DNA from: an uncultured Candidatus Saccharibacteria bacterium
GTDB taxonomy: Bacteria; Patescibacteriota; Minisyncoccia; UBA6257; UBA9933
DNA: 64,000 nt
Reading direction: 5' to 3'
Assembly: GCA_964642155.1 (NCBI GenBank)
Contig: CAZXNT010000003.1
Location: forward strand, 64,899-128,898
A program made the position numbers and the translations under genes. Below are positions 18,475-27,929 of the stretch, piece after piece. The notes below the pieces were generated by a model, which worked only from the letters and a program-made list of their open reading frames with translations, made no database searches and was not told the origin of the DNA. Each line of letters starts with the position of its first letter. The stretch's first letter is position 1.

Positions 18475-18640
18475 CCCTCACCCTTCAAAGATTTTAATTT
18501 TCATTTAAAAAATGAAAAATATTAATTCTTTGAATTTTTATTTTTATTTGAATTTTTATCCACTTACTCTTCAACCCCTCACCCTTTAATTTTAAAGGGT
18601 GAGGGGTTATTTTTTCAAAATATCTTTGAAGGGTGAGGGA
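18474..18640. repeat. IR-bounded element (19-bp perfect terminal inverted repeats TCCCTCACCCTTCAAAGAT) with internal 32-bp perfect palindrome
   Basis: Left IR 18474-18492, right IR 18622-18640 (exact reverse complement). Central CCCCTCACCCTTTAA|TTAAAGGGTGAGGGG 18575-18606. Fills the entire pilB-pilC gap. Confidence 0.6.
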
Positions 18641-20350
18641 TTATTCTCGTATTACACGAAACACTTCTTCTATCGTTGTCATTCCCAATTCGGATTTTCT
18701 CAATCCATCTTCAAACATCGTAATCATCCCTTTATTTTTCGCCAATTTTATCAAATTGTCCAAAGAAAAATTAGGATTAATAATTTCCTTACGGCTATCT
18801 TCATTAATATTTAAAATTTCAAAAATTCCTATTCTACTATAATAACCCGTATTACCGCAACTCATACATCCCTTACCTTGATATAAAATTTTCGGCGCCC
18901 TAAATTCAAATTCAAGATTTAATTCTTTTAATTGTTTTTTAATGGAATTTAACAAATCTTCCGACGGCACAAATGAACTAATACAATCCAAACAAATTTT
19001 TCTAACCAAACGCTGAGCAACAATCATATTTAAAACAGCGGCGGTTAAAAATTGCGGAATTTTCATATCAATCAAACGCGGAATCGCGGTTGCCGCGTCA
19101 TTAGTGTGCAAGCTGGATAAAACCAAATGGCCGGTTAAAGCTGAATGCACAGCAATTTCAGCGGTTTCTTCATCACGAATTTCTCCGACCATAATAATAT
19201 TCGGGTCTTGCCGAAGTATTGAACGCAATCCGCTTTCAAAAGTGATTCCCGCCAAAGGATTAATTTGAATCTGATTGATATATTTCATATTGTATTCAAT
19301 CGGGTCTTCAATGGTCACTATATTCACTTCCGGCCTGTTTAAAATGTTTAAAATGGCGTAAAGCGTGGTGGTTTTTCCGCTGCCGGTCGGTCCAGTTACA
19401 AGAATCATTCCGTAAGTTTTTTTAATATTTTCTTCAACGATTTTAACCATATCATCCATCAACCCGACTTCTCTTAAAGAAAGCGGTTTTTGGGCCGCGG
19501 GCAAAAGCCTCATTTCTATCTTTTCGCCGTAAAAAGTCGGAATAATGGAAATCCTGATATCAACTAAATCCGAACCGACTTTATAATGAGTTCTACCATC
19601 TTGTGGCCTCTGATGTTCGTCTATTTTTAAAGCCGCGAGCAGTTTAATCCTTGCCACAATCGCCGGATGAACTTCTTTCGGAATTTTGGTTATTTCATGA
19701 AGAACGCCGTCAATCCTGAATCTCATTAAAATTCCGTCTTCAAAAATTTCCATATGAATATCCGAAGCGCGCAAAGAAAAAGCATAAAAAAGAATATTAT
19801 CAATAAGGGCGACGATGGGAATCGCCGAGGCCGCTTCTTCAACTGTGCCGGCCTTTTGCCTCAATGACGCCTGAATATTTTCTTCAACTATTTTTTTAAA
19901 ATTTTCCGCAAAACGGCGGCTATACATCGCAAATCCTTTGTTTAAATCGTCTTGAGTCGCAAGATACGGCTTGATATTAGCTTTTAAATTATTTCTCAAA
20001 AATTCCACCGTTCCCAAATCACTCGGATCTTCCATGGCAACGCTAATGCTCCCATTGGACTCCTTGTCAAAAACAATAACCATTTTTTGCTTGGCTAAAT
20101 TTTCAGCAAGAAGATTAAGAATTCCTTCGTCTATTTTTCTGCCGATTAAATTGGCTTTCTGAACATTAAAATAATCCGCTATAACATCATAAAAATAATC
20201 TGTTGTGATAATATTGCGCGAAATCAAAATATCGCCGATATTCTGGTCCATATGCTTCGCCTCGCTTACCAAAAAGTCAAAATTTTCCTCAGTTATCAAA
20301 CTATCTTTAATTAAAATCTCTTTTAATTTTTTATCGGGAATTTTAAGCAT
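18641..20350 (-). CDS. pilB: type IV pilus assembly ATPase PilB (GspE family)
   Basis: Walker A GPTGSGKTTT, Asp box, His box, tetracysteine motif CLDC...CMSC, 569 aa. Confidence 0.9.
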   Translation of the reverse strand: MLKIPDKKLKEILIKDSLITEENFDFLVSEAKHMDQNIGDILISRNIITTDYFYDVIADYFNVQKANLIGRKIDEGILNLLAENLAKQKMVIVFDKESNGSISVAMEDPSDLGTVEFLRNNLKANIKPYLATQDDLNKGFAMYSRRFAENFKKIVEENIQASLRQKAGTVEEAASAIPIVALIDNILFYAFSLRASDIHMEIFEDGILMRFRIDGVLHEITKIPKEVHPAIVARIKLLAALKIDEHQRPQDGRTHYKVGSDLVDIRISIIPTFYGEKIEMRLLPAAQKPLSLREVGLMDDMVKIVEENIKKTYGMILVTGPTGSGKTTTLYAILNILNRPEVNIVTIEDPIEYNMKYINQIQINPLAGITFESGLRSILRQDPNIIMVGEIRDEETAEIAVHSALTGHLVLSSLHTNDAATAIPRLIDMKIPQFLTAAVLNMIVAQRLVRKICLDCISSFVPSEDLLNSIKKQLKELNLEFEFRAPKILYQGKGCMSCGNTGYYSRIGIFEILNINEDSRKEIINPNFSLDNLIKLAKNKGMITMFEDGLRKSELGMTTIEEVFRVIRE

Positions 20351-20389
20351 AGTGGTTAATAATTAAATTATACTATACAATTATTAATT

Positions 20390-21301
20390 ATGAAAACCCT
20401 TCTTCTCGTTGATGCCAATGCTTTAATTCATCGTTGCTTTCACGCTTTGCCGCCGTTCACCACAAAAGAAAACAAGCCCAGCGGCGCGATTTACGGACTA
20501 GCGAGTATTCTTATTAAAATCGCGCGAGATAACTCCGCCTTCGCTAAAGCTTCGGTGGACAAGGAAGAAATCGGCGTCAATGGAAAAGCGCCGGATTACG
20601 CAGTGGCTTTTTTTGACCGGCCGGAACCGACTTTTAGAAAAGAAATGTACGACGAATATAAAAGCCATCGTCCCAAGGCGCCCAATGAATTAATTTCGCA
20701 AATTATTGAAGCTCATCGGCTGTTTGAAAATTTCGGAATAAAAAGTTTTGAAATCCCGGGATTTGAAGCTGACGATTTAATCGGCACGGCGGTTGAAAAA
20801 TTCAAAAACAATCCGGATTTAAAAATAATAATTTTAACCGGCGATTTGGACGCGCTCCAACTTATTGAAAATGAAAAAATTATGGTTGAAACTTTTAAAA
20901 AAGGAATCAGCAACACGATAATTTATAACGAAAAAGAAACTTTGGAGAAATTCGGCGTTCTGCCGCGCCAACTTATTGATTATAAGGGACTTGTCGGCGA
21001 CCAATCAGATAATATCAAAGGCGTTTCCGGCATCGGGCCGAAAACAGCGGCTCAAATAATCCAAAAATACGGCACAATTGAACAATTTTTGGAACAAGGG
21101 CAAAAGGAAAAATCTTATGAAAAAATCAACGCTTCGCGTGAAATGGCTTTATTATCAAAAAAATTGGCGACGATCAGACGCGACACGCCGTTGGAAATAA
21201 ATAATCTTGAAGAATTAAAATACGAAGGAATCTTCAAAGAAAAACTCCTCGCGTATTTTGAGGAGTTTGGATTCCAAAGTTTAGCAAAGAGAATAAACTA
21301 A
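20390..21301 (+). CDS. 5'-3' exonuclease (FEN/PolI N-terminal domain homolog)
   Basis: LLLVDANALIHRCFHAL..., GIGPKTA helix-hairpin-helix, 303 aa. Confidence 0.8.
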   Translation: MKTLLLVDANALIHRCFHALPPFTTKENKPSGAIYGLASILIKIARDNSAFAKASVDKEEIGVNGKAPDYAVAFFDRPEPTFRKEMYDEYKSHRPKAPNELISQIIEAHRLFENFGIKSFEIPGFEADDLIGTAVEKFKNNPDLKIIILTGDLDALQLIENEKIMVETFKKGISNTIIYNEKETLEKFGVLPRQLIDYKGLVGDQSDNIKGVSGIGPKTAAQIIQKYGTIEQFLEQGQKEKSYEKINASREMALLSKKLATIRRDTPLEINNLEELKYEGIFKEKLLAYFEEFGFQSLAKRIN

Positions 21302-21726
21302 ATAGGTTTTATTACTACGTACCTCTCCCTCCCCTCTCCCACGCTTTCCGTTTTAATATCAGGATGTTTAGCAAGTTCCGTATGGACAAGACGGCGCTCA
21401 TAAGCATTCATTATCGGCAAAGACATTTCTTTTTTCTCGGCAATAGATTTTCTCGCCGTCACCCGAGCAATTTCCAAAATTAAATCTTCGCGTTTCCGAC
21501 GATAATTATTAATATCAACTATAACAAAATCAACATTATTTTTTTTGGCTATCAATTTAATAATTGAATCAAAACTGTTCATAATTGACGGCAAATTATT
21601 TTCCGAAATAAAACTGTCATTTATAAATATAGAAAATCTTCCGTTGTCAGCGGAATAATTAACCGAAAAATCATCAAACCCCATCATCCCGATAATTTCT
21701 TTAATTATTGATTCAATTTTTTCCAT
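21298..21726 (-). CDS. khpB: Jag/KhpB-like RNA-binding protein (KH + R3H)
   Basis: C-terminal R3H motif (ERRLVHTELAKHPDIKTESVGEG). Position after yidC. Confidence 0.7.
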   Translation of the reverse strand: MEKIESIIKEIIGMMGFDDFSVNYSADNGRFSIFINDSFISENNLPSIMNSFDSIIKLIAKKNNVDFVIVDINNYRRKREDLILEIARVTARKSIAEKKEMSLPIMNAYERRLVHTELAKHPDIKTESVGEGRERYVVIKPI

Positions 21727-22396
21727 TTGTGTTTATGTTTAACCGTTTATTGATGACTATTTGTTGAATAACCGAAAAAATAGACGTTGTCAACCAATAA
21801 AGTCCAACGGCCGAAGGCAAATAACTTAAAAACATCACCGTTAAAACCGGACCGAAAAAAACCATTTGCCTTCCCATTTTTTCCATCGGCGACAATTCTC
21901 CGCCGTCCTTGACTGTTTTCGGCAAAGCCAATTTTCCCTGAAAATACTGCGCCAAAGCCGCCAAAACAACAATAACCAAACTACGACTGTTCAAATCAAT
22001 AAAACCGAGAAAATAATGATTTAAAACTCCATTACCGTTTATGCCCTTAAGAAAAACCCAATAAAGAGCGATTAAAACCGGCAATTGAATGATAATAATC
22101 AGAAACTGAGAAAGAGGATTCACTTTATGTTCGCGATAAAGTTCCATCATCACCTGCGCTTGTTTGGCGCGGTCGTCTTTATAGTCTTTTTGAATTTCTT
22201 TTATTTTAGGCGCCAAACGCTGCATAATCGCCTGGTCTTTAGCGCCCTTATAAAACAACGGCAATAAAATAATTCTAATCGCAATTGTTAAAACAATAAT
22301 GGCAACGCCCAAATCATGGCCGGGAATATTTTCGTATAAAAAAATCAAGGCGCTTAATAATGGATTATATAAATATGTGTTAAAAAGTGATGACAT
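21713..22396 (-). CDS. yidC: membrane protein insertase YidC (short form)
   Basis: Five TM, 227 aa. Conserved rpmH-rnpA-yidC-jag synteny. Confidence 0.85.
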   Translation of the reverse strand: MSSLFNTYLYNPLLSALIFLYENIPGHDLGVAIIVLTIAIRIILLPLFYKGAKDQAIMQRLAPKIKEIQKDYKDDRAKQAQVMMELYREHKVNPLSQFLIIIIQLPVLIALYWVFLKGINGNGVLNHYFLGFIDLNSRSLVIVVLAALAQYFQGKLALPKTVKDGGELSPMEKMGRQMVFFGPVLTVMFLSYLPSAVGLYWLTTSIFSVIQQIVINKRLNINTNGKN

Positions 22397-22706
22397 TTTT
22401 TAATTCTTTTTCAATTTCATTTTTATCTAATTTCGCGGTTGCGGACAAAACAGTTATCGCCGCATCCCGACCGCCGATTTCATATAACTTATTCAATCGA
22501 ATAAAATCATAAATAATTCTTTTAATTCTATTTCGTTTTACCGCTGATTTTGAAACTTTTGCGCTGATAATCACTCCAAAACGGCTGAAAGATAAATCAT
22601 TAGCGGACATCCTTACAATAAAAAAATCGCTTCTGCGGCTTATTATTTTCTTATTCCTATTTTTCAACCAATTTTGAATTTGAAGCCGAAATTTTTTAGC
22701 AAGCAT
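22380..22706 (-). CDS. rnpA: RNase P protein component
   Basis: Basic 108-aa protein, RNR-like motif (KRNRIKRIIYDF). Follows rpmH. Confidence 0.8.
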   Translation of the reverse strand: MLAKKFRLQIQNWLKNRNKKIISRRSDFFIVRMSANDLSFSRFGVIISAKVSKSAVKRNRIKRIIYDFIRLNKLYEIGGRDAAITVLSATAKLDKNEIEKELKNVITF

Positions 22707-22708
22707 AT

Positions 22709-22843
22709 TTACACGGTGATTTTCTTTCTTCCCTTTCTCCTTCTTCTATTCAAAACATTCGTTCCTCCGACGGTTCGGCTGCGCTTCAAAAATCCATGCG
22801 TTCTGCTCCTTTTTCTTTTTTTCGGCTGATATGTTACTGACAT
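22709..22843 (-). CDS. rpmH: 50S ribosomal protein L34
   Basis: Not in ORF track (<60 aa): [44 protein letters not shown], classic bL34. Confidence 0.85.
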   Translation of the reverse strand: MSVTYQPKKRKRSRTHGFLKRSRTVGGTNVLNRRRRKGRKKITV

Positions 22844-22920
22844 TTTTAAAATATATCAAAACAAACAATAAAAAACAATACCCGCAAATGCGGGTATTGT
22901 TTTTTTCTAATTTCTAAACT

Positions 22921-23268
22921 TTATTGTCCTGTTGCCAAGAAGGTGGATACAATCGTGTCCACGCTAACGGCAATAAGAGCGACGATAATCGCGATTGCCG
23001 CGTAAATAATTTGGTCTCTCGCGTTTTTCACTTTCTCCGGGTCGCCTTGCGCGGTCAGATAAGTAAAGGCCGCGAAAAGAATGAATAAAACCGCGATGAT
23101 AAAGAATATTATATAAACCCACCTGACGAGATTTTTAATCACGTCAACGGTGCCGGTTACGGTTGTCGGACCAGTCGGAGTAATTCCGGGGATATCAACT
23201 GCCATTGCCGAACTCGCCAACACCAAAGACATTGCCACGATTCCTAAAATTCCAAAAAATTTTTTCAT
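22921..23268 (-). CDS. T4SS-pilin-like small membrane protein (TrbC/VirB2-like; paralog 1)
   Basis: Signal peptide plus 2 TM. Conserved YLTAQGDPEKVKNA...QIIYAAIAI core shared by 6 paralogs. Confidence 0.55.
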   Translation of the reverse strand: MKKFFGILGIVAMSLVLASSAMAVDIPGITPTGPTTVTGTVDVIKNLVRWVYIIFFIIAVLFILFAAFTYLTAQGDPEKVKNARDQIIYAAIAIIVALIAVSVDTIVSTFLATGQ

Positions 23269-23324
23269 ATTTGAACTTTTAAACTTTGAAACTTTTATTT
23301 TCTCGACCTTTTTGATTTATTCTA

Positions 23325-23407
23325 TCCCTCACCCTTCAAAGATATTTTAAAAAATAATTACTTATTATTCAAGTATCTATGTCTTTCTATTTTTGAAGGG
23401 TGAGGGA
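23325..23407. repeat. second copy of TCCCTCACCCTTCAAAGAT inverted-repeat element
   Basis: Left IR 23325-23343 perfect, right IR 23389-23407 (1 mismatch), 45-nt spacer. Confidence 0.55.
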
Positions 23408-23436
23408 TAATACAAAAAATTTTTTAAAATTACAAA

Positions 23437-23880
23437 TCATTTTAGTGGCTGATAGCGTTGTTCAAAACCTTTCGGCGTTGGCCAATACTGTTTGCCACCA
23501 CCCCCACCTCCTTGATTATCTATAATGCTCTTTACAATCAAATCAATTCCCAGCGCCATAAATGCCACAACAATCGCTATTGCGGCATAAATAATCTGAT
23601 TATGGGCATTTTTTACTTTTTCCGGATCGCCTTGGGCGGTCAGATAAGTGTAAGCCGCGAAAATAATAAACAGCACGGCAATAATGAAAAATATAATATA
23701 CGTCCATCGAACAATGGTTTCAATGATGCTTTTGATTCCGCCCGCCGTTTCATTTTGTAAAGTTTTGCTAATACCCAAATCGCCGGAATCGGGAATCTGA
23801 CCGGCAGTAATAGCAAAAACCGATGAAATCAAAATTAAGAAACTTATAGAAATTAATAAACTTAAATATAGTATTCGCAT
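23437..23880 (-). CDS. T4SS-pilin-like protein (paralog 2)
   Basis: Same conserved core, Gly-rich C-terminal tail. Confidence 0.55.
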   Translation of the reverse strand: MRILYLSLLISISFLILISSVFAITAGQIPDSGDLGISKTLQNETAGGIKSIIETIVRWTYIIFFIIAVLFIIFAAYTYLTAQGDPEKVKNAHNQIIYAAIAIVVAFMALGIDLIVKSIIDNQGGGGGGKQYWPTPKGFEQRYQPLK

Positions 23881-24011
23881 TATTTTAAATTAAATTTGTA
23901 TATTTGCGTTTGATTTGTATATTCGCGATTACTCTTATATTTTATAATATGTATAAAAAAAAGCAATAATAAATCCCCTGCTCGCCATCGCGAAAACAGG
24001 GGATAAAAAAA

Positions 24012-24512
24012 TTATTTCGGCTGGTATGCATACCAATGGTAGTCCTTGCCGAAATATTCAAACATACGCGGGCCTGATGTAATTTCACCAACGCGGTCCA
24101 ACTTTCCGTTAATAATATAAAAAACTTTGTAAGTGCCTGGCAAAAGATAATTCTCTTTCCAGTCGCCGGGGGACAAAACATAACTCTTCACCTCATATCC
24201 CTTTTTATGTTTTATAACAATCTGAACGGTTTCGTAATTACTATCATTATGCACAACGCCCTTGTAACCCTGATTAACACCATTAATAATTTTTGTTTCT
24301 ATCGGTTGCTCTTTTAATTTAGAAATAGCCATCGCGCCCACTTCCTTATCAAAAGCCAACTGAGCTTTGTCGCGCTTAATTTCTGCGACTTCGTTTAAAT
24401 ATGCATCGCCCTTCCATTCACCTTTGTCATACTGCGCTTCACTTTTGAAACGCGGTCCAGCACAACCTATAAACAAAAACACTACCATAACTATCATCAC
24501 TATCTTTTTCAT
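24012..24512 (-). CDS. lipoprotein (hypothetical)
   Basis: Lipobox LFIGCAG after signal peptide. Confidence 0.5.
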   Translation of the reverse strand: MKKIVMIVMVVFLFIGCAGPRFKSEAQYDKGEWKGDAYLNEVAEIKRDKAQLAFDKEVGAMAISKLKEQPIETKIINGVNQGYKGVVHNDSNYETVQIVIKHKKGYEVKSYVLSPGDWKENYLLPGTYKVFYIINGKLDRVGEITSGPRMFEYFGKDYHWYAYQPK

Positions 24513-24645
24513 AGTAATACCTCCTTATTTAAATATAGTTATTTATTTTTAAGAACCTTAAATAGGGTATCACAAATTTTTTATTTTGTCAATACTATTG
24601 TCCAGGAAGATTAGTAGCACTTCTTTCCTTCGGAGTGAATGTTTT

Positions 24646-25113
24646 TTAATAAGTAGGAGCAGAAGCAGGAGTAGGATAAGTAGGACTTTGTGTTTGAGAT
24701 GCGCCACTATTGCCTCCGCCACTCGAAGGGCCAATAATGCTTCCGACTATCGCGTTTATGCTTACCGCCAGCAAAGCTACGGCAATCGCTATAGAGGCGT
24801 AAATAATTTGGTTGGTGGCGCTTTTAATTTTTTCCGGTTCGGCTTGGGCGGTCAAATAAGTATAAGCCGCCAATAAAATCATAAACACCGCGACAATGAA
24901 GAAAATTGTGTAAGTCCATCTAAGAACCGTCATAAGAATGACGACTACTCCTTCAAACCTTGAAATACCCGCTCCTTTGGGAATAAGAGGATTTGTAGTA
25001 GGAGAAGCAACTTCACCAGTATAAGGAATAACAGCATTAACAAAATTACATGACAAAAAAACGCTAAATAATATAATTATTGATAAAATAATAAAATTTT
25101 TTCTAATAAACAT
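24646..25113 (-). CDS. T4SS-pilin-like protein (paralog 3)
   Basis: Conserved YLTAQAEPEKIKSA core. Start set to MFIRKN to avoid overlap. Confidence 0.5.
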   Translation of the reverse strand: MFIRKNFIILSIIILFSVFLSCNFVNAVIPYTGEVASPTTNPLIPKGAGISRFEGVVVILMTVLRWTYTIFFIVAVFMILLAAYTYLTAQAEPEKIKSATNQIIYASIAIAVALLAVSINAIVGSIIGPSSGGGNSGASQTQSPTYPTPASAPTY

Positions 25114-25114
25114 T

Positions 25115-25468
25115 TTATTTAATAAAATTTTTAATAATTTCATTAGCGCCGACGGAAATTAAAGCCACGGCAATGGAGATAGCGGCATAAATAATTTTGT
25201 GATTTGCACTTTTAATTTTTTCCGGGTCATCGCCGCCGGTTAAATAACTGAATGCCGCCAAAATAACAAATCCAATTGCCACTATAAAAAATGCTGTGTA
25301 AAGAACATTAACAATTTTTGTTAAAATATTCATTACATCGTTTATGCCTGTTACTGGACAATCTACGCTTGTATTACCAGGACATGGTTTAGCAAAACCA
25401 ACAGCCGGGAAAATAATTATTAAATAAAAAATTGTTAAAAATAATAAAATTTTTGAGAATTTATTCAT
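25115..25468 (-). CDS. T4SS-pilin-like protein (paralog 4)
   Basis: YLTGGDDPEKIKSA core. Confidence 0.5.
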   Translation of the reverse strand: MNKFSKILLFLTIFYLIIIFPAVGFAKPCPGNTSVDCPVTGINDVMNILTKIVNVLYTAFFIVAIGFVILAAFSYLTGGDDPEKIKSANHKIIYAAISIAVALISVGANEIIKNFIK

Positions 25469-25941
25469 TTTTTTGTTGAGATAAACGCATCCGACTTATT
25501 GGTTATTATTTCTCCCATTATATAAATAACTCCCCAAGAACACAAGACAATAATATAACCCACCACCGCCCAAAGAATGACATCCTTGCCGGATTTCACT
25601 TTTTCCGGACTGTCGCCCGCGGTCAAAATAAGAAAACCGCCGTAAATCACCATAATCGCCAAAATCGGCGCGCCAATTTTAATAAGATAACCGATAATGT
25701 TTTGGATAATGGTGAAAATTGTTTTACCGGCGAAGGGGTCTTGGAGGTTACCATTAGATGATCCTCCTTGAGCATAAGGTGAACCCTGACCAAGGGGCAA
25801 TGGACCAATAAAATTAGCATCGCCTGGCTGCGGCGCTGCCATTACAATATCATTATTAATGACAAAAAATAAACCACCAAAAGAAATAATAAATATTATA
25901 ATCAAATATAAAAACTTATTTCTGAAAAATAATTTAATCAT
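25465..25941 (-). CDS. T4SS-pilin-like protein (paralog 5, divergent)
   Basis: LTAGDSPEKVKSG core, 2 TM. Confidence 0.45.
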   Translation of the reverse strand: MIKLFFRNKFLYLIIIFIISFGGLFFVINNDIVMAAPQPGDANFIGPLPLGQGSPYAQGGSSNGNLQDPFAGKTIFTIIQNIIGYLIKIGAPILAIMVIYGGFLILTAGDSPEKVKSGKDVILWAVVGYIIVLCSWGVIYIMGEIITNKSDAFISTKK

Positions 25942-26086
25942 TTAATTAATTATATTATAAATTAAATTTATTAATATTTCAAGACTTAATATATTAATTT
26001 TATTATAACAAATAATTTAAAAATAAAATAGCTGCGTTTGGATAAATCCGCGCGCAGCTTTTTTTTAACACCTCCTAATTATATAA

Positions 26087-26881
26087 TTATATTTTGGTTA
26101 TTCTTATTAAGGTATCAGGTTGGATACCCTTAAGACCCAATCTCCCAATAGATCCTGTGCCGTTCCAATATGAAACGCCGGTTGGCATTTCATACTCTTT
26201 TATTCCCACAACTGAATCCCAAGAAAGAGCAATGAATGGCTTATCGCTTTCTAAGCGGTGATGTGTTCCAGAGGACACAACCACTGTTTGAATTTCTTTC
26301 CCGACTTGCAGATAGAACTCTTCTATCGGGGAAATTGCCGCTACCGACGCGCCAGCATTCGTAATTTTTAACGGCTTCGATTCAAACTTACCCGCCGCTT
26401 TATCTCTCCCCCCGAGGAAAAAAATAATGGTTAAGATAATAGCAATAAGTGCCATAGCGCTAATTGCCGTCTTCTGTATCCTTCCTTTTGTTCCAATCGC
26501 AAGGAAAAATATCGCAACAGCAACCAAAACCACTACGGGAACCAATCCTCGGTCATTCCAAACCGGAACGATTGAAAAATAAACTCCGAGAACCAATTCC
26601 GCGGCAATTATTGTGGCAATCCAAGCAAGAACCGTGCGGCCTTTTTTAAAGGCGGCGACTACGGCTATTATAATTGGATCAATAGCGGCAATAATAGAAA
26701 ACGCTATCGCCACAACCGGTATTAAGGCCGCTATGGACGTTACTGCAGGAGAGCCTATTAAAGCTACCCCGCAAATCAATATCGGCCATAATACTATCAA
26801 TAAAATCGCAGCCCGCGCAATTCTATTCCCTGTGTTCCAAAGAGCGACGAATATCGCCCATAATTCTTGCAGAGTGTTCAT
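26087..26881 (-). CDS. polytopic membrane protein with soluble C-terminal domain (hypothetical)
   Basis: About six TM helices. Locally GC-richer codon usage. Confidence 0.45.
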   Translation of the reverse strand: MNTLQELWAIFVALWNTGNRIARAAILLIVLWPILICGVALIGSPAVTSIAALIPVVAIAFSIIAAIDPIIIAVVAAFKKGRTVLAWIATIIAAELVLGVYFSIVPVWNDRGLVPVVVLVAVAIFFLAIGTKGRIQKTAISAMALIAIILTIIFFLGGRDKAAGKFESKPLKITNAGASVAAISPIEEFYLQVGKEIQTVVVSSGTHHRLESDKPFIALSWDSVVGIKEYEMPTGVSYWNGTGSIGRLGLKGIQPDTLIRITKI

Positions 26882-27534
26882 TATCTTATCCCCCTTTCTG
26901 CCATAATTTTTCTGAAACCGCCGAGTTTCTGAGCAACAGCTTGATCAGTTTTTTTAATGGTATCGCTTATCTGGAATTCCTGATTGAATTCCTTACTGAA
27001 CTCTATAAGTCCGTCTGAGAATTCACGGAATCCCTTGATAAAAGACTTCCACTTTTTCTGCCAATCAATTGGTTCATCGACCGGCTCGGTTTTTACCTCT
27101 AACTTTGGCTTTGGTTTTGCATCTTCAATAAGCTTAAGAAGCGCCAGCCGACACTCAAATTCTATTTTCATTCTTTCGGCTTCCGCTTTTGGATCTTTGG
27201 ATTTTTTAAGACGCCATTTCGCGTCGTTAAAAAATTCATCCATCCAATCTTCCACTGCCCCTTTTTTCTCTTTTTCTGAAGCTCCGCCAAGCGCTCCGGT
27301 AAAAAAATCGCTAAAATCAATGGCTTTCTCAACCGCTATCGCAGCAGTTGGTGGTAACTTTTCAGCCATGGATTCAACAAATCCTTTTACAACGCCTTGC
27401 GCCACTCCAAAAAGGTCTGAGCGCAAGTAGCTATTTGTTGGAATCTTTTTTGCCAACTTTTGCGCCCAGTTTTTTAAAACCGGATCAAGGGCGCCAATAG
27501 CTGCGCCTAAAAATTCCTTTTTCTTTGCCATCAC
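26881..27534 (-). CDS. hypothetical charged protein
   Basis: 217-aa ORF start-overlapping downstream gene; GC-richer than neighbours. Confidence 0.4.
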   Translation of the reverse strand: MMAKKKEFLGAAIGALDPVLKNWAQKLAKKIPTNSYLRSDLFGVAQGVVKGFVESMAEKLPPTAAIAVEKAIDFSDFFTGALGGASEKEKKGAVEDWMDEFFNDAKWRLKKSKDPKAEAERMKIEFECRLALLKLIEDAKPKPKLEVKTEPVDEPIDWQKKWKSFIKGFREFSDGLIEFSKEFNQEFQISDTIKKTDQAVAQKLGGFRKIMAERGIR

Positions 27535-27780
27535 ATCCTCCTCGGCTATTCAGCCATTCAGTTTTTTATTTTCAATCATTTTTAATTTTTAAGGTCCAAA
27601 ATCAAAAGACAAAGCCTCTTGATTTATGGCCAAATAATAACATAGGAGTTCAAAAAAGTCAACCCCATGCAAAACCGGTTCAAGAAACTAACGCAACATA
27701 AGTAAATCGAAGTTTTTCTCTATTGTTTATTCTTTTGCTTTTTTACTATTTTTCTTTATTTTTATATTATTATTCTTCTC

Positions 27781-27806
27781 TTCTGCTATCCCCAGGGATA
27801 GCAGAA
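27781..27806. promoter_or_regulatory. palindrome TTCTGCTATCCC-ca-GGGATAGCAGAA
   Basis: 12-bp perfect arms. Confidence 0.5.
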
Positions 27807-27903
27807 ATATTTCTTGGATTTATTTTGTAAATCTTACAAGGTTAAACCTTGTAAATAATTTTGAGAGTAATAATTTTATAAACAAACGCTATCACTAAAA
27901 TGT

Positions 27904-27929
27904 TCCTGCTCTCCCTGGGGAGAGCAGGA
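27904..27929. promoter_or_regulatory. palindrome TCCTGCTCTCC-ctgg-GGAGAGCAGGA
   Basis: 11-bp perfect arms. Confidence 0.5.
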
